Source: Zygnema circumcarinatum SAG 698-1b
Taxonomy: Eukaryota > Plantae > Zygnematophyceae
NCBI GenBank assembly: GCA_037447605.1
Contig: CM074816.1
Span: 1,702,525 to 1,766,524 of the forward strand
Length of the DNA: 64,000 bases
Direction: 5' to 3'
Of the stretch, positions 1 to 10,802 are shown one piece after another; the first letter of the stretch is position 1; each line of letters begins with the position of its first letter. Position numbers and translations under genes: made by a program. Below the pieces are notes generated by a model that searched no databases, was not told the origin of the DNA, and saw only the letters and a program-made list of their open reading frames with translations.

Positions 1-396
1 GAGAGAGGAAGAGGGAGGGAGGGAGAGAGGGAGAGAGGGAGGGAGAGAGGGGNNNNNNNNNNGGGAGGGAGAGAGGAAGAGGGAGGGAGGGAGAGAGGGA
101 GAGAGGGAGGGAGAGAGGGGGAGGGGGAGAGGGAGAGAGCGAGCGAGAGAGAGTGAGGGAGGGAGGGAGAGAGTAAGAGGGAGGGAGGGAGAGAGGGAGA
201 GTGCGAGAGAGTGACGGAGGGATGGAGAGGAGGAGAGGGGGGGAGGGAGAGAGAGAGGGAGGAAGGGAGGGAGAGGGCGGGAGGGAGAGAGGGAGGGGGT
301 ATACTTCTATGCAAGTCTCCACCAATCCACCAACACCATTTGTGCCCCTCTCTCCCTCTCTCCCTCCCCCCCCTTTCTTTTTTTTCTGGCGGGCAG

Positions 397-2387
397 GTCG
401 GGTTCAAAATGTTTTTGGGCGTGAGCCCGACGGTGGCGAACTGGGCCGCGGACGGTACGGAAGTGAGCCTCCTATTGGAGGACAACCCGCTCGTGGATTT
501 TGTGGAGCTGCCCGAAACCTGTCAGGGACTCTCCTACTGCAACCTGCTCTGCGGGGTGCTGCGGGGAGCATTGGAGCAGGTCTCTCTCTCGCTCTCCCTC
601 TCTCTCGCTCACTCACTCTCTCTCTCTCTCTCTCGCTCTCTCTACCTCTCTCTCCCCTTCTCCCTCTCGCTCTATCTTTCCTCCTATATCTCTCCCTCCC
701 TTTCTTCCTCTCTCTCTTTCCGTATCTCTCCCTCTCTCTCTCTTTACCCCCTATCACTCTCCCTCTCGTTCTTCTTTTCACTATCTCTCCTCTAACTCCC
801 TCTCTCACTTTCCCCCCTATCTCTCTCCCTCTCTTTCGTCCTTTTTTCTTTCTCTCTCTCTATCTGTCGCCCTTACTCCTTTCTTCCCTTGCGCTCTCCC
901 TCGGTCCATTTCCCCTCGCTCGTCCTCTCCCTACCTCTCTCCCTCTCTCCCTCCCCCCTCTCGCTCTCGCTCTCTCTCACTCCCCCTCCTTTCTTCCTCT
1001 CTCCCTCCCCCCCCCGCTCACTCTCTCTCACTCCCCCCCCTCTCTCCCTCTCTCCCTCTTCCCCGCTCTCTCTCTCTCTCCTCCCCCTCTTCTCCCCCTC
1101 TCTCCCTTCCCTCTCTCTCTCTCTCATCCCCCCTCCTCTCTCCCTCTCTCCCTCCCCCTCCTCTCCCTCTCTCCCTCCCCCCTCTCTCTCTCTCACTCCC
1201 CCTCCTCTCCCCCTCTCTCCCTCCCCCCCTCTCTCTCACTCACTCCCCCTCCTCTCTCCCTCTTCCCCCCGCTCTCTCTCTCTCTCACTCCCCCTCTTCT
1301 TCCCCTCTCTCCCTCCCCCCCCCCTCTCACTCTCACTCCCCCACCTCACTCTCTCTCTCACTCCCCCTCCTCTCTCCCTCTCTCCCTCCCCCCCCTCTCT
1401 CTCTCTCACTCCCTCTCCTCTCTCCCTCTCTCCATTCCCCCCCGCTGTCTCTCTCTCACTCCCCCTCCTCTCTCCCTCTCTCCCTCCCCCCCCTCTCTCT
1501 CTCTCTCACTCCCCGTCCTCTCTCCCTCTCCCTCCTCCCCGCTCTCTCTCTCTCACTCCCCCTCCTCTCTCCCTCTCTCCATTCCCCCCCGCTGTCTCTC
1601 TCTCACTCCCCCTCCTCTCTCCCTCTCTCCCTCCCCCCCTCTCTCTCTCTCTCACTCCCCGTCCTCTCTCCCTCTCCCTCCTCCCCGCTCTCTCTCTCTC
1701 ACTCCCCCTCCTCTCTCTCTCTCCCTCTTCCCCCCGCTCTCTCTCTTTCTCTTACTCCCCCCCTCTCCCGCTCTCTCCCTCCCCCTCCGCTCTCTCTCTC
1801 TCTCACCCCCCCTCCTCTCTCCCTCTCTCACTCCCCCCCCTCTCTCTCTCTCTCACTCCCCCCCCCGCTCTGTCTCTCTCACACTCCCCCTCCTCTCTCC
1901 CTCTCTCCCTTCCCCCACCCCGCTCTCTCTCACACTCCCCCTCCTCTCTCCCACTCTCCCTCCCCCCCCCCGCTCTCTCTCTCTCTCACTCCCCCTCCTC
2001 TCTCCCTCTCTCCCTTCCCCCCGCTCTCTCTCACACTCCCCCTCCTCTCTCCCACTCTCCCTTCCCCCCCCCGCTCTCTCTCACACTCCCCCTCCTCTCT
2101 CCCTCTCTCCCTTCCTCCCCCCCTCTCTCTCGCTCGCTCCCCCTCCTCACTCCCTCTCTCCCTCCGCCCCCGCTCTCTCTCTCACACTCCCCTTCCTCTC
2201 TCCCTCTCTCCCTTCCCCCCCCCATCTCTCTCACACTTCCCCTCCTCTCTCTGTCGACCCGCAGGTGAACCTCCGTGTGGAGGTCCGTTTTGTGCGCGAC
2301 ATGCTGCGAGGCGACGACACGTACGAAATTCGAATAAAGCTTTTGGAGCAACTGCAGGAGCAGTACCCCTACAAGGACGATTCTTAG
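397..2387 (+). CDS. BET3: Trafficking protein particle complex subunit 3 (BET3), last two exons; 5' part lies upstream of the window
   Basis: Exon 397-579 (VGFKMFLGVSPTVANW...EDNPLVDFVELP...LRGALEQ) and exon 2265-2387 (VNLRVEV...RGDDTYEIRIKLL...YPYKDDS*) have AG/GT boundaries in phase 0. Both match the C-terminal half of plant BET3 as I recall it (KVGFKMFLG...DNPLVDFVELP...YPYKDDE). Confidence 0.95.
580..2255. repeat. About 1.7-kb CT-rich low-complexity tract filling the last BET3 intron
   Basis: Almost exclusively C and T, with a recurring CTCACTCCCCCTCCTCTCTCCCTCTCTCC-like sub-unit. Confidence 0.95.
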
Positions 2388-3583
2388 GCCCATAAATAGA
2401 ATATAATTTCCCACCCCCCCCCCCCCCTTTTTTTTTTATCTTCTTGCGTTTGTTTAGACCCTCCTCCTCCCACATCTCCCGTTTTTTCTCACTCTCTCTC
2501 TCTCTCCCCCTCCCCTCCCCCCTCCCACCACCTCCCCCATTTCCCCCTTTTTTTTGTTTGTTTTTTTAGTTTTGTCTCAACTAATTCGGAAGAGGTAGGG
2601 TTGAACGGATTATAGATTTTGCGTCAAAGAATGGAAGACCGCAGAAGATGAACACGATCGACGGCTGCGATTTCTCGATCTGATCATGTTGTGCCACGTG
2701 TCGCCCACATGGAATGAATGCTTTCTTTGGACTGAGCAAGGACGGGTCGTCGTCCCTGTCACTGTAAGGGGCTTTTAAGGTTTTTAGTGTTTTCAAGGCT
2801 GTTAGGGTTTAGGGGTTTAAAGTTTTGAGGATTTCATGGTTTGCAAAGTTCTTAGGGTTTTTCATAGCTGTAAAGTTTTACTAAAGTGGGCTGGAGAGTG
2901 GAGCTCGAATCCCTTCCCGCCACGTGGCAGTTGAATGAGGGACCAGCGCATGGAACCTGCGGTTTGTTGTGGCTTCAGTAATTGACACGTGGAGATTCCG
3001 TATTGACTCAAGTGGCGTCACGTATCGTCACCTCAAATGGACGGCTGAGACGAACCCCCTCCATATTCAAAGGGACCACAATTGCCTTTTGCTGGTACGA
3101 GTCCAACATGAAAAGGGAAGTGAAATCGAACATTGTTGTTGTTGTTGCATTGTTATATTTTTTATCATATGATAGTTGAAAGTTTTCAACGGAGTGATTA
3201 TGGTTAAGGGCAATTGGAAACTTAAAAAGAATCAGAATTTGAAACTGCGATAGCCACAACATTGTTACCTTTCTTAGTTTTTCTGCCCCTTTTTCCACTC
3301 ATGTTTCAACCTCGAAAAAAAAACTTCAAGCCAAGTGACCCCCCTCACCTTAAAAACAGTCTAAACATAGAAACGCGCTTTGGCCCGTTCTGCATAACAA
3401 AATTGAATGAGGAAAAAAAGAAGAATGTACTTGAGCAAGTTTTGGGCAAAAAACTAGAACTGGTTTCCTATGCTCCCGATGACGTCACTAACTAAACTTA
3501 TCGCACATGGAGAGGTTACAGCGAACCTTCCGCATTTACGGGAAATGTACAGTTCCAGTTCCAGTACGGTTCTGTGTTGGATC

Positions 3584-6500
3584 TCAAGTTCGGGAAATTC
3601 GTTGCAAACAGTCCCGTCGGAGAGTAGTGTCCGTAAAAATTGCTTCTATGAGCTTTTGCACCTGCAGCCATGGATATTCGAGTTTAGGAAACTTTTCAGG
3701 AATCACGGCTCATGATCTAAGTTTGAAGGTTCAGGCTTCAGGGCTTGAGGTTGACGGATTAGGGTTTAAGGTTCAGGGTTTAAGGTTTACGATTTAAGGT
3801 TCCGGGTCCACGGTTTAGGGTTTAAGGTTAGAGTTTAAGATTTAGGGTTTTAGGTTGAAGGTTTAGCGTTGAAGGTTTGAGCTTTAGGGTGGAAGGTTTA
3901 GGGTTTTAGATTGAGGCTTAGGGTTTGGGGTTGAAAGATTAGAGATTAGGGTTTCAAGTTAAGAGTTTAGGGTTGAAGGTTTAGGGTTCAGGGTTTAAGG
4001 TGCAGAATTAAGGGTTTCGCTTTAGGGTTTCGCCGCAGCGGCACCTCTTCGCGAGTGAATCCGCACGCCGCCAAGTCTCCACTCTGCCACTCGTCGGTGA
4101 TTGCGACAAGAGACATATCTAACAAATCTGCAAAACAAAAAAAGGGGAAAAATAAATGGAAATGGAACATCAAGTTCACTTTGTAGTCCGACTCGTTTAA
4201 CTTAGTCGAAGTACTCCAATAATAAAAAAAAAAAAAAGGGGAAGGGTAAAAAAAAACGTGAGGCATCTCTAAATAGAAGAGAATAAGTTGACGAGAAAGT
4301 GTCTCGTCCCTTTCTCCTTCCCCCCTTTCGTGTATACTACTCTCCCTCTCTCCTTCTTCCCCTCCCTCTCTCCTTCCCCTCCCTCTCTCTCTCTCCTTCT
4401 TCCCCTCTTTCTCTCCCTCTCCTTCTTCCCCTCCCCTCTCTCTCTCCCTCTCTCCCTCCCTCTCTCTCCCTCACCTACTCTTCTAGCCCTCTCTCCCTCT
4501 CTCCCGCTTCCCCCTCTCCCTCCGACTCTCCTCTCCCTTTCCCTCTCTTCTCCCTCCCCCTCTCCCCTCTCCCTCCCTCTCTCCCCCTCTCTCCTGCTTC
4601 CATTCCTTGTATCAACCTGACCCTTTTTCCTTCCAGTTCCCTCACCTATCAAGCGCTGTACTTTTCGATATGCCGGAACCAGCTCCCCTATGTCCACATC
4701 TTCCTCCGTTTCAGTTACAGTTTTCCGTGATCCTTCCTTCCGTTCCGTCGCCGCCGACGGTGAGAGAAGCGGAGGAAGCCGAAGCAACAGCCCTTGCATA
4801 AGGTGCCGAAGCTGCCCGCAAAAAAAAAAATCTCAAAAAAGAGAAAACTAGCATTCCTCCTCGCCCTTCTCTCCCCCCCCCTCTCTCCCTCTCCTCTTCT
4901 CTCTCTCTCTCTCTCTCGCTCCCCCCCTTTCCCCCCCTCCGTCTCTCTCCCCTCTTAAAGTTACCTGAACAGTTTCTTCTACGGAAATGTCCTGAACCCC
5001 CCCCTCTCTCCCTCCCCTTCTCTCTCTATCTCTCTCTCTCGCTCCCCTCTTTTCCCCCCCTCTGTCTCTCTCCCCTCTTAAAGTTACCTCCACAGTTTCT
5101 TCTTCCGAAATGTCCTGAACCCCCCCTCTCCTTCTCTCTCTATCTCTCTCTCTCTCTCTCCCCTTTCCCCCCCCTCTGTCTCTCTCCCCTCTTAAAGTTA
5201 CCTGCAAAGTTTCTTCTACGGAAATGTCCTGAATTTTCTGCACATGGAACGCGACCCGCCTGAGGAGAGTCTCCGCGAGGTACGCCATCACGCGCTGGAA
5301 CTGACTCCGTGCCAGAACGGACCGCCAAACGGAACTGAGCCGCTCCACATGGAACACCGCCTGGTGGTACAGTCACATGGAGACAGCCGAACGAGGAATT
5401 TAGCGAATTTTCAGAGAGGAGGGATTACAGGGACCTCAAGGAATGCTGGAAACCCTAAAATTTCCTAAATCTCCGACCTTAGGCCCTGCACCCTTGAACC
5501 CCCTCACAGCCCAAAAAGATTTCACTATGGTTAAAGTTTTGAAAACCCTAAAACTTCAAACCCGCAAACCCTCATACTGAAACCAGAAGTTTGAATTCGA
5601 AACCCGAGAACTTAGACCCTCAACCCTAAATCGAAAGCCCGAGCTCTAAACCTTACAAGCCTCAACCCTCAACCCCCCTGAACCCTGAACCTTGAACCCT
5701 AGACCCTAAGCCCTGAACCCCGAACCTTGAACCCTAGACCCTAAGCCCTGAACCCTGAACCTTGAACCCTAGACCCTAAGCCCTGAACCCTGAACCCCAA
5801 TAAGCCTGCCTTGCCTGCTTGAGGGCTCGGTTCGCCCTCCGGAAGTGTTCCTCGTCATCTGTGAACTGAAGCCCTCCGCCAGAGTCCACTGCCTGCGCTC
5901 CAAATTCCACCAAAAGTTGATCTACCAACTTCGACTAAGTGCTAGAAACTAGATCCACTTCCCAATGGCACCGCCAGGTGTCAGCCTGCCATTGGCCTGA
6001 CCCCTCCAAGTTTGAAAATGGATACTTCTGTGGATCTCTGCGTGGATTCCGAGGTGAATCCCTAACCCTAAATGGATCAATAAGTGGACTGTAAGTGGAT
6101 GCCTCTAAGTGGATCCTTAAGTGGATTTTTGCGTGGACCCTTGAGTGGATATCCCTAAGTGGATCCCTAAGTGAATATCCTTCAGTGGATCTGTGAGTGG
6201 ATCTTAAGTGGATCCCTGAGTGGATCCTAAGTGGATATCCCTAAGTTGACCTCACCTCCAGAAGTTGATCCTGCTGTAGTCTGAGCTGGAGGTTGCAGGC
6301 GTCCTCCGCCATTTTCCGGAAGAGCGGGACCATGTCCACAAAGAGGGCCGCCCTGTTCAGGGGCTGAGGGAGGGAGGGCCGGTACTGTTCACATTGCAAC
6401 GGATCCACCGGTCAGAGCGGATCCACTGGAGAGAGTGGAATCTGGCTGTGAGAGTGGATCCAGCTGCAAGGGTGGATATGGGGGGACAAGGACAATGGAT

Positions 6501-7762
6501 ATGGGGTTCAGATGAATCAGAAAAGTAGGGAGGGAGGGAGAGAAAGGCAGNNNNNNNNNNAGGGAGGGAGGGAGGGAGGGAGGGGGAAGGAGGGAAATGG
6601 AGGGAGGGAGGGAGAGTGGGAGGGACCTGAAAAGCGAGAGTGAGGAGGTGGTGGGCGATGAAGAGGCAGTCGTTCTGAAAGAGCATCCCCAAGGAGGGAA
6701 CTCTTTCGACAGCCTGCCCATGCTGCCCTCAAAAATATAACAACGTAAAATAAGACCCCCCCCCCTTCCTCTCCTCTCCTCCCCCTTTCGTCCCTTTCAC
6801 CCCCCTCTCCCTTCTCAGCACTCATTCCTTTCTGTTATCTCCATTATGCTTCAAATGCCGCAACTTTGACCTACCCTTCAGAAGTCTTCATGTTGCTTGC
6901 AAGCCCTACTACCCCCAGGTATAACCCCCTGCCTGCGGGTTTTTGGGAAAAAACCAGGTTTGTGATTGTTTACCAAAACCGGAACAATGGCGCGGTAGAG
7001 AGTGAGGGCGTCTCTGGCGGCGCTGTAAAGCTCCCGTGATGTCGTCAATGTCGACATACTCGCCTCCTGCGCATCACCGGCTCCGCAACATACTCATGAA
7101 TGGGAACAGCAACAATAGAAGACGAGGGGGAGAGAGGGAGGGAGAGAGGGAGAGGGAGGGAGGGAGGGAAGGGGAGAGAGGGGGAAGAGAGAGGGAGAGA
7201 GACAAAGGTAGGGGGAGAGAGCGAGGGAGAGAGAGGGAGGAAGAGAGAGGGGGGAGAGAGAGGGAGAGAGAGACAAAGGGGGAGAGAGCGAGGGAGAGAG
7301 AGGGAGGGAGAGAGAGGGAGGAGAGAGAGGGAGAGAGAGACAAAGGAAGGGGGAGAGAGCGAGGGAGTGAGAGGGGAGAGAGAGGGAGAGAGCGAGGGAG
7401 AGAGCCCTTTCACCTGCATGGCATCATGCACCAGCTCCATGAGGCTTTTTGCCGCTTTGCTGACGTGGCAGATTTCCAGCTCAAAAAATGGCCTTTCTTC
7501 TTCAGCCAACTCTTCGACCCTCTCACTCGCTGAGCCCTGCGTTTCCGAAAAATCCAACTTTCCAAAAATTGGGTCATACAATAGGGGTTATATTACTTAC
7601 CTTACCCATCTTTAGGGATGCTTTCTTCAAGGGTATTTTAGGGATAGCAGGTTTCTGGCAGAAAACGAGTTGGTTTTTCATGTAGTGGAAATTCTGATAA
7701 ATAGTTAAAGCAAACTAAACTTTTTAAAGCTGACCCTTCCCTCTCTCTCTCTTTCTGTCTCT

Positions 7763-7809
<47 letters not shown>

Positions 7810-8533
7810 TTCCCCGCTCTGTGCTTTAGCATGTTTTTCTCATGGCGGATGCATCTGGTCCTCATTCCGGCCGAAGATGTATCTGGTTGACTCTGACCTT
7901 GGCTTCGTCCCTCATTGGTCGATGCTTCCTATTTTCGTCCATTTCTTCAAAACTTTGATCGTCTTTCGACCAATCAAGATGCGACGCTGCCTGCCCGCCA
8001 ACCTGGGCAGGGGGAAAGAAAAAAAAAAAAACCTCCTTCATTTCTTGACCAAACCCCAAAGCGAAAAACCCGCTTCAAATATATATAAAAAAAAAAGTGA
8101 TTTCAACAAAAATTCCATAACAAACCAAGATTTTTTCAGTTTACGAAAAACGGGGCGAGAGATCGTTACGAGCAGTTTCTTCTTTTCTTTCCCTCTTTTT
8201 TTTTTTTCCCCGCTGCCCGCTTACCTTGACCGAAGTAAAGTCCATATTCATTAAAAGCGTTCTCGCCGTCGCTAAAACTTTTTGCTTTCTTTTATTCGCG
8301 AAGTGAATTTCCACATCCGCTGCAAACATTGAAAGGCGGTCTCCTATTGGCCGAATTTCGCTGTTCCTCTCGGCCACGTCAGCGCCACCTGGCGACACTT
8401 GATTGGCTTGCAGGTGCTGCGGAATTGGAATGAAGCCTTTTGATTGGAGCGCAGATTCAAAGCGAGCGGTAAGATCCGCCACTGACTGAAAATGAGCCAA
8501 CTGTGAAGTTTCACTAGGAACGGCCTGCAAGAG

Positions 8534-8575
<42 letters not shown>

Positions 8576-9983
8576 TGAGAGAGAAGAGAGAGAGAGAGAG
8601 CGAGAGAGAGAGAGAGGAGAGAGGAGAGAGGAGAGAGAGAGGCGGGAAGGGTATAGAGTGTTTGTTGAGTTTGAGGCCCTCTCAACATATATAAGCAAAA
8701 CAATATGATAAAAAACAATCTCCTTTGAATTACAAGAGGCCGCAAAACCGCACTACTGGTGCACCGGGTGATCACATCGGGCCAACTCGCGGCCTACAGG
8801 TCGCGTCCCGAGCGCATCGGGGCCGGTCCCTCGTCGCCGCAGATGACAGCGCAGAAGCCGGGTCGGGCTTCCGGGTCCAGGATGACAGCTGGCGTCACCT
8901 CCTCCTCCGGATGGCCCTGGGCTTACCACCGCCGTTTGAGAGTGAGAGGGAGAGAGAGAGGGAGGGGAGAGAGGGAGGGGAGAGAGAGAGGGAGGGGGGA
9001 GAGAGGGAGAGAGAGAGAGGGAGGGGGGAGAGAGGAGGGGGAGAGAGAGAGGGAGGAAGCGAGGGGGAGGGGAGAGAGAGAGGGGGGAGAGAGAGAGAGG
9101 AGGGAGAGAGAGGGGAGGGGGAGAGAGAGAGGGAGACAGAGAGGGAGGGGGAGAGAGAGAGGGAGGGAGAGAGAGAGGGAGGGGGGGAGAGAGAGGGAGA
9201 CAGAGAGGGAGGGGGGAGAGAGAGAGAGGGAGGGAGAGAGAAAGGGAGGGGGAGAGAGAGAGAGGGGGGGAGAGAGAGGGAGAGAGAGAGGGAGAGAGAG
9301 AGGGAGGGAGGGGGAGAGAGAGAGGAGAGAGAGAGGAAAGAGAGAGGGAAGGGGAGAGGGAAGAGAGGGGGGAGAGAGGAGGGAAGGGGAGAGGGAGGGA
9401 GAGAAAGGGAGGAGAGAGAGGGAGAGAGAGACAAAGGAAGGGGGAGAGAGCGAGGGAGTGAGAGGGAGGGAGAGAGTGGGGGGAGAGAGAGGGAGAGAGA
9501 CAAAGGAAGGGGGAGAGAGCGAGGGAGAGAGAGGGAGGGAGAGAGGGGGGAGAGAGAGGGAGAGAGCGAGGGAGAGAGAGGGAGGGAGAGAGGGGGGAGA
9601 GAGAGGGAGAGAGCGAGGGAGAGAGCCCTTTCACCTGCATGGCATCATGCACCAGCTCCATGAGGCTTTTTGCCGCTTTGCTGACGTGGCAGATTTCCAG
9701 CTCAAAAAATGGCCTTTCTTCTTCAGCCAACTCTTCGACCCTCTCACTCGCTGAGCCCTGCGTTTCCGAAAAATCCAACTTTCCAAAAATTGGGTCATAC
9801 AATAGGGGTTATATTACTTACCTTACCCATCTTTAGGGATGCTTTCTTCAAGGGTATTTTAGGGATAGCAGGTTTCTGGCAGAAAACGAGTTGGTTTTTC
9901 ATGTAGTGGAAATTCTGATAAATAGTTAAAGCAAACTAAACTTTTTAAAGCTGACCCTTCCCTCTCTCTCTCTTTCTGTCTCT

Positions 9984-10036
<53 letters not shown>

Positions 10037-10760
10037 TTCCCCGCTCTGTGCTTTAGCATGTTTTTCTCATGGCGGATGCATCTGGTCCTCATTCCGGCCG
10101 AAGATGTATCTGGTTGACTCTGACCTTGGCTTCGTCCCTCATTGGTCGATGCTTCCTATTTTCGTCCATTTCTTCAAAACTTTGATCGTCTTTCGACCAA
10201 TCAAGATGCGACGCTGCCTGCCCGCCAACCTGGGCAGGGGGAAAGAAAAAAAAAAAAACCTCCTTCATTTCTTGACCAAACCCCAAAGCGAAAAACCCGC
10301 TTCAAATATATATAAAAAAAAAAGTGATTTCAACAAAAATTCCATAACAAACCAAGATTTTTTCAGTTTACGAAAAACGGGGCGAGAGATCGTTACGAGC
10401 AGTTTCTTCTTTTCTTTCCCTCTTTTTTTTTTTTCCCCGCTGCCCGCTTACCTTGACCGAAGTAAAGTCCATATTCATTAAAAGCGTTCTCGCCGTCGCT
10501 AAAACTTTTTGCTTTCTTTTATTCGCGAAGTGAATTTCCACATCCGCTGCAAACATTGAAAGGCGGTCTCCTATTGGCCGAATTTCGCTGTTCCTCTCGG
10601 CCACGTCAGCGCCACCTGGCGACACTTGATTGGCTTGCAGGTGCTGCGGAATTGGAATGAAGCCTTTTGATTGGAGCGCAGATTCAAAGCGAGCGGTAAG
10701 ATCCGCCACTGACTGAAAATGAGCCAACTGTGAAGTTTCACTAGGAACGGCCTGCAAGAG

Positions 10761-10802
<42 letters not shown>

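Noticed and set aside
201-2395. 728-aa, 631-aa and 459-aa Leu/Ser/Pro-rich ORFs
   Set aside because: Stop-free translations of the CT-rich BET3 intron. Only 397-579 and 2265-2387 are coding.
2581-3500. Short ORFs between BET3 and ZW10
   Set aside because: No recognisable motifs or splice-consistent structure; probably UTR or intergenic.
5893-5934. In-frame extension SKLVDQLLVEFGAQ upstream of ZW10 exon 5892-5815 echoing DQLLE of the previous exon
   Set aside because: The acceptor at 5893 gives the alignment expected for ZW10. The similarity is short and may be chance.
4935-6250. Possible CRISPR-like repeat-spacer patterns (45-bp triplicate, GTGGATC array)
   Set aside because: Eukaryotic intron context, spacers are low-complexity or absent, and there are no cas genes.
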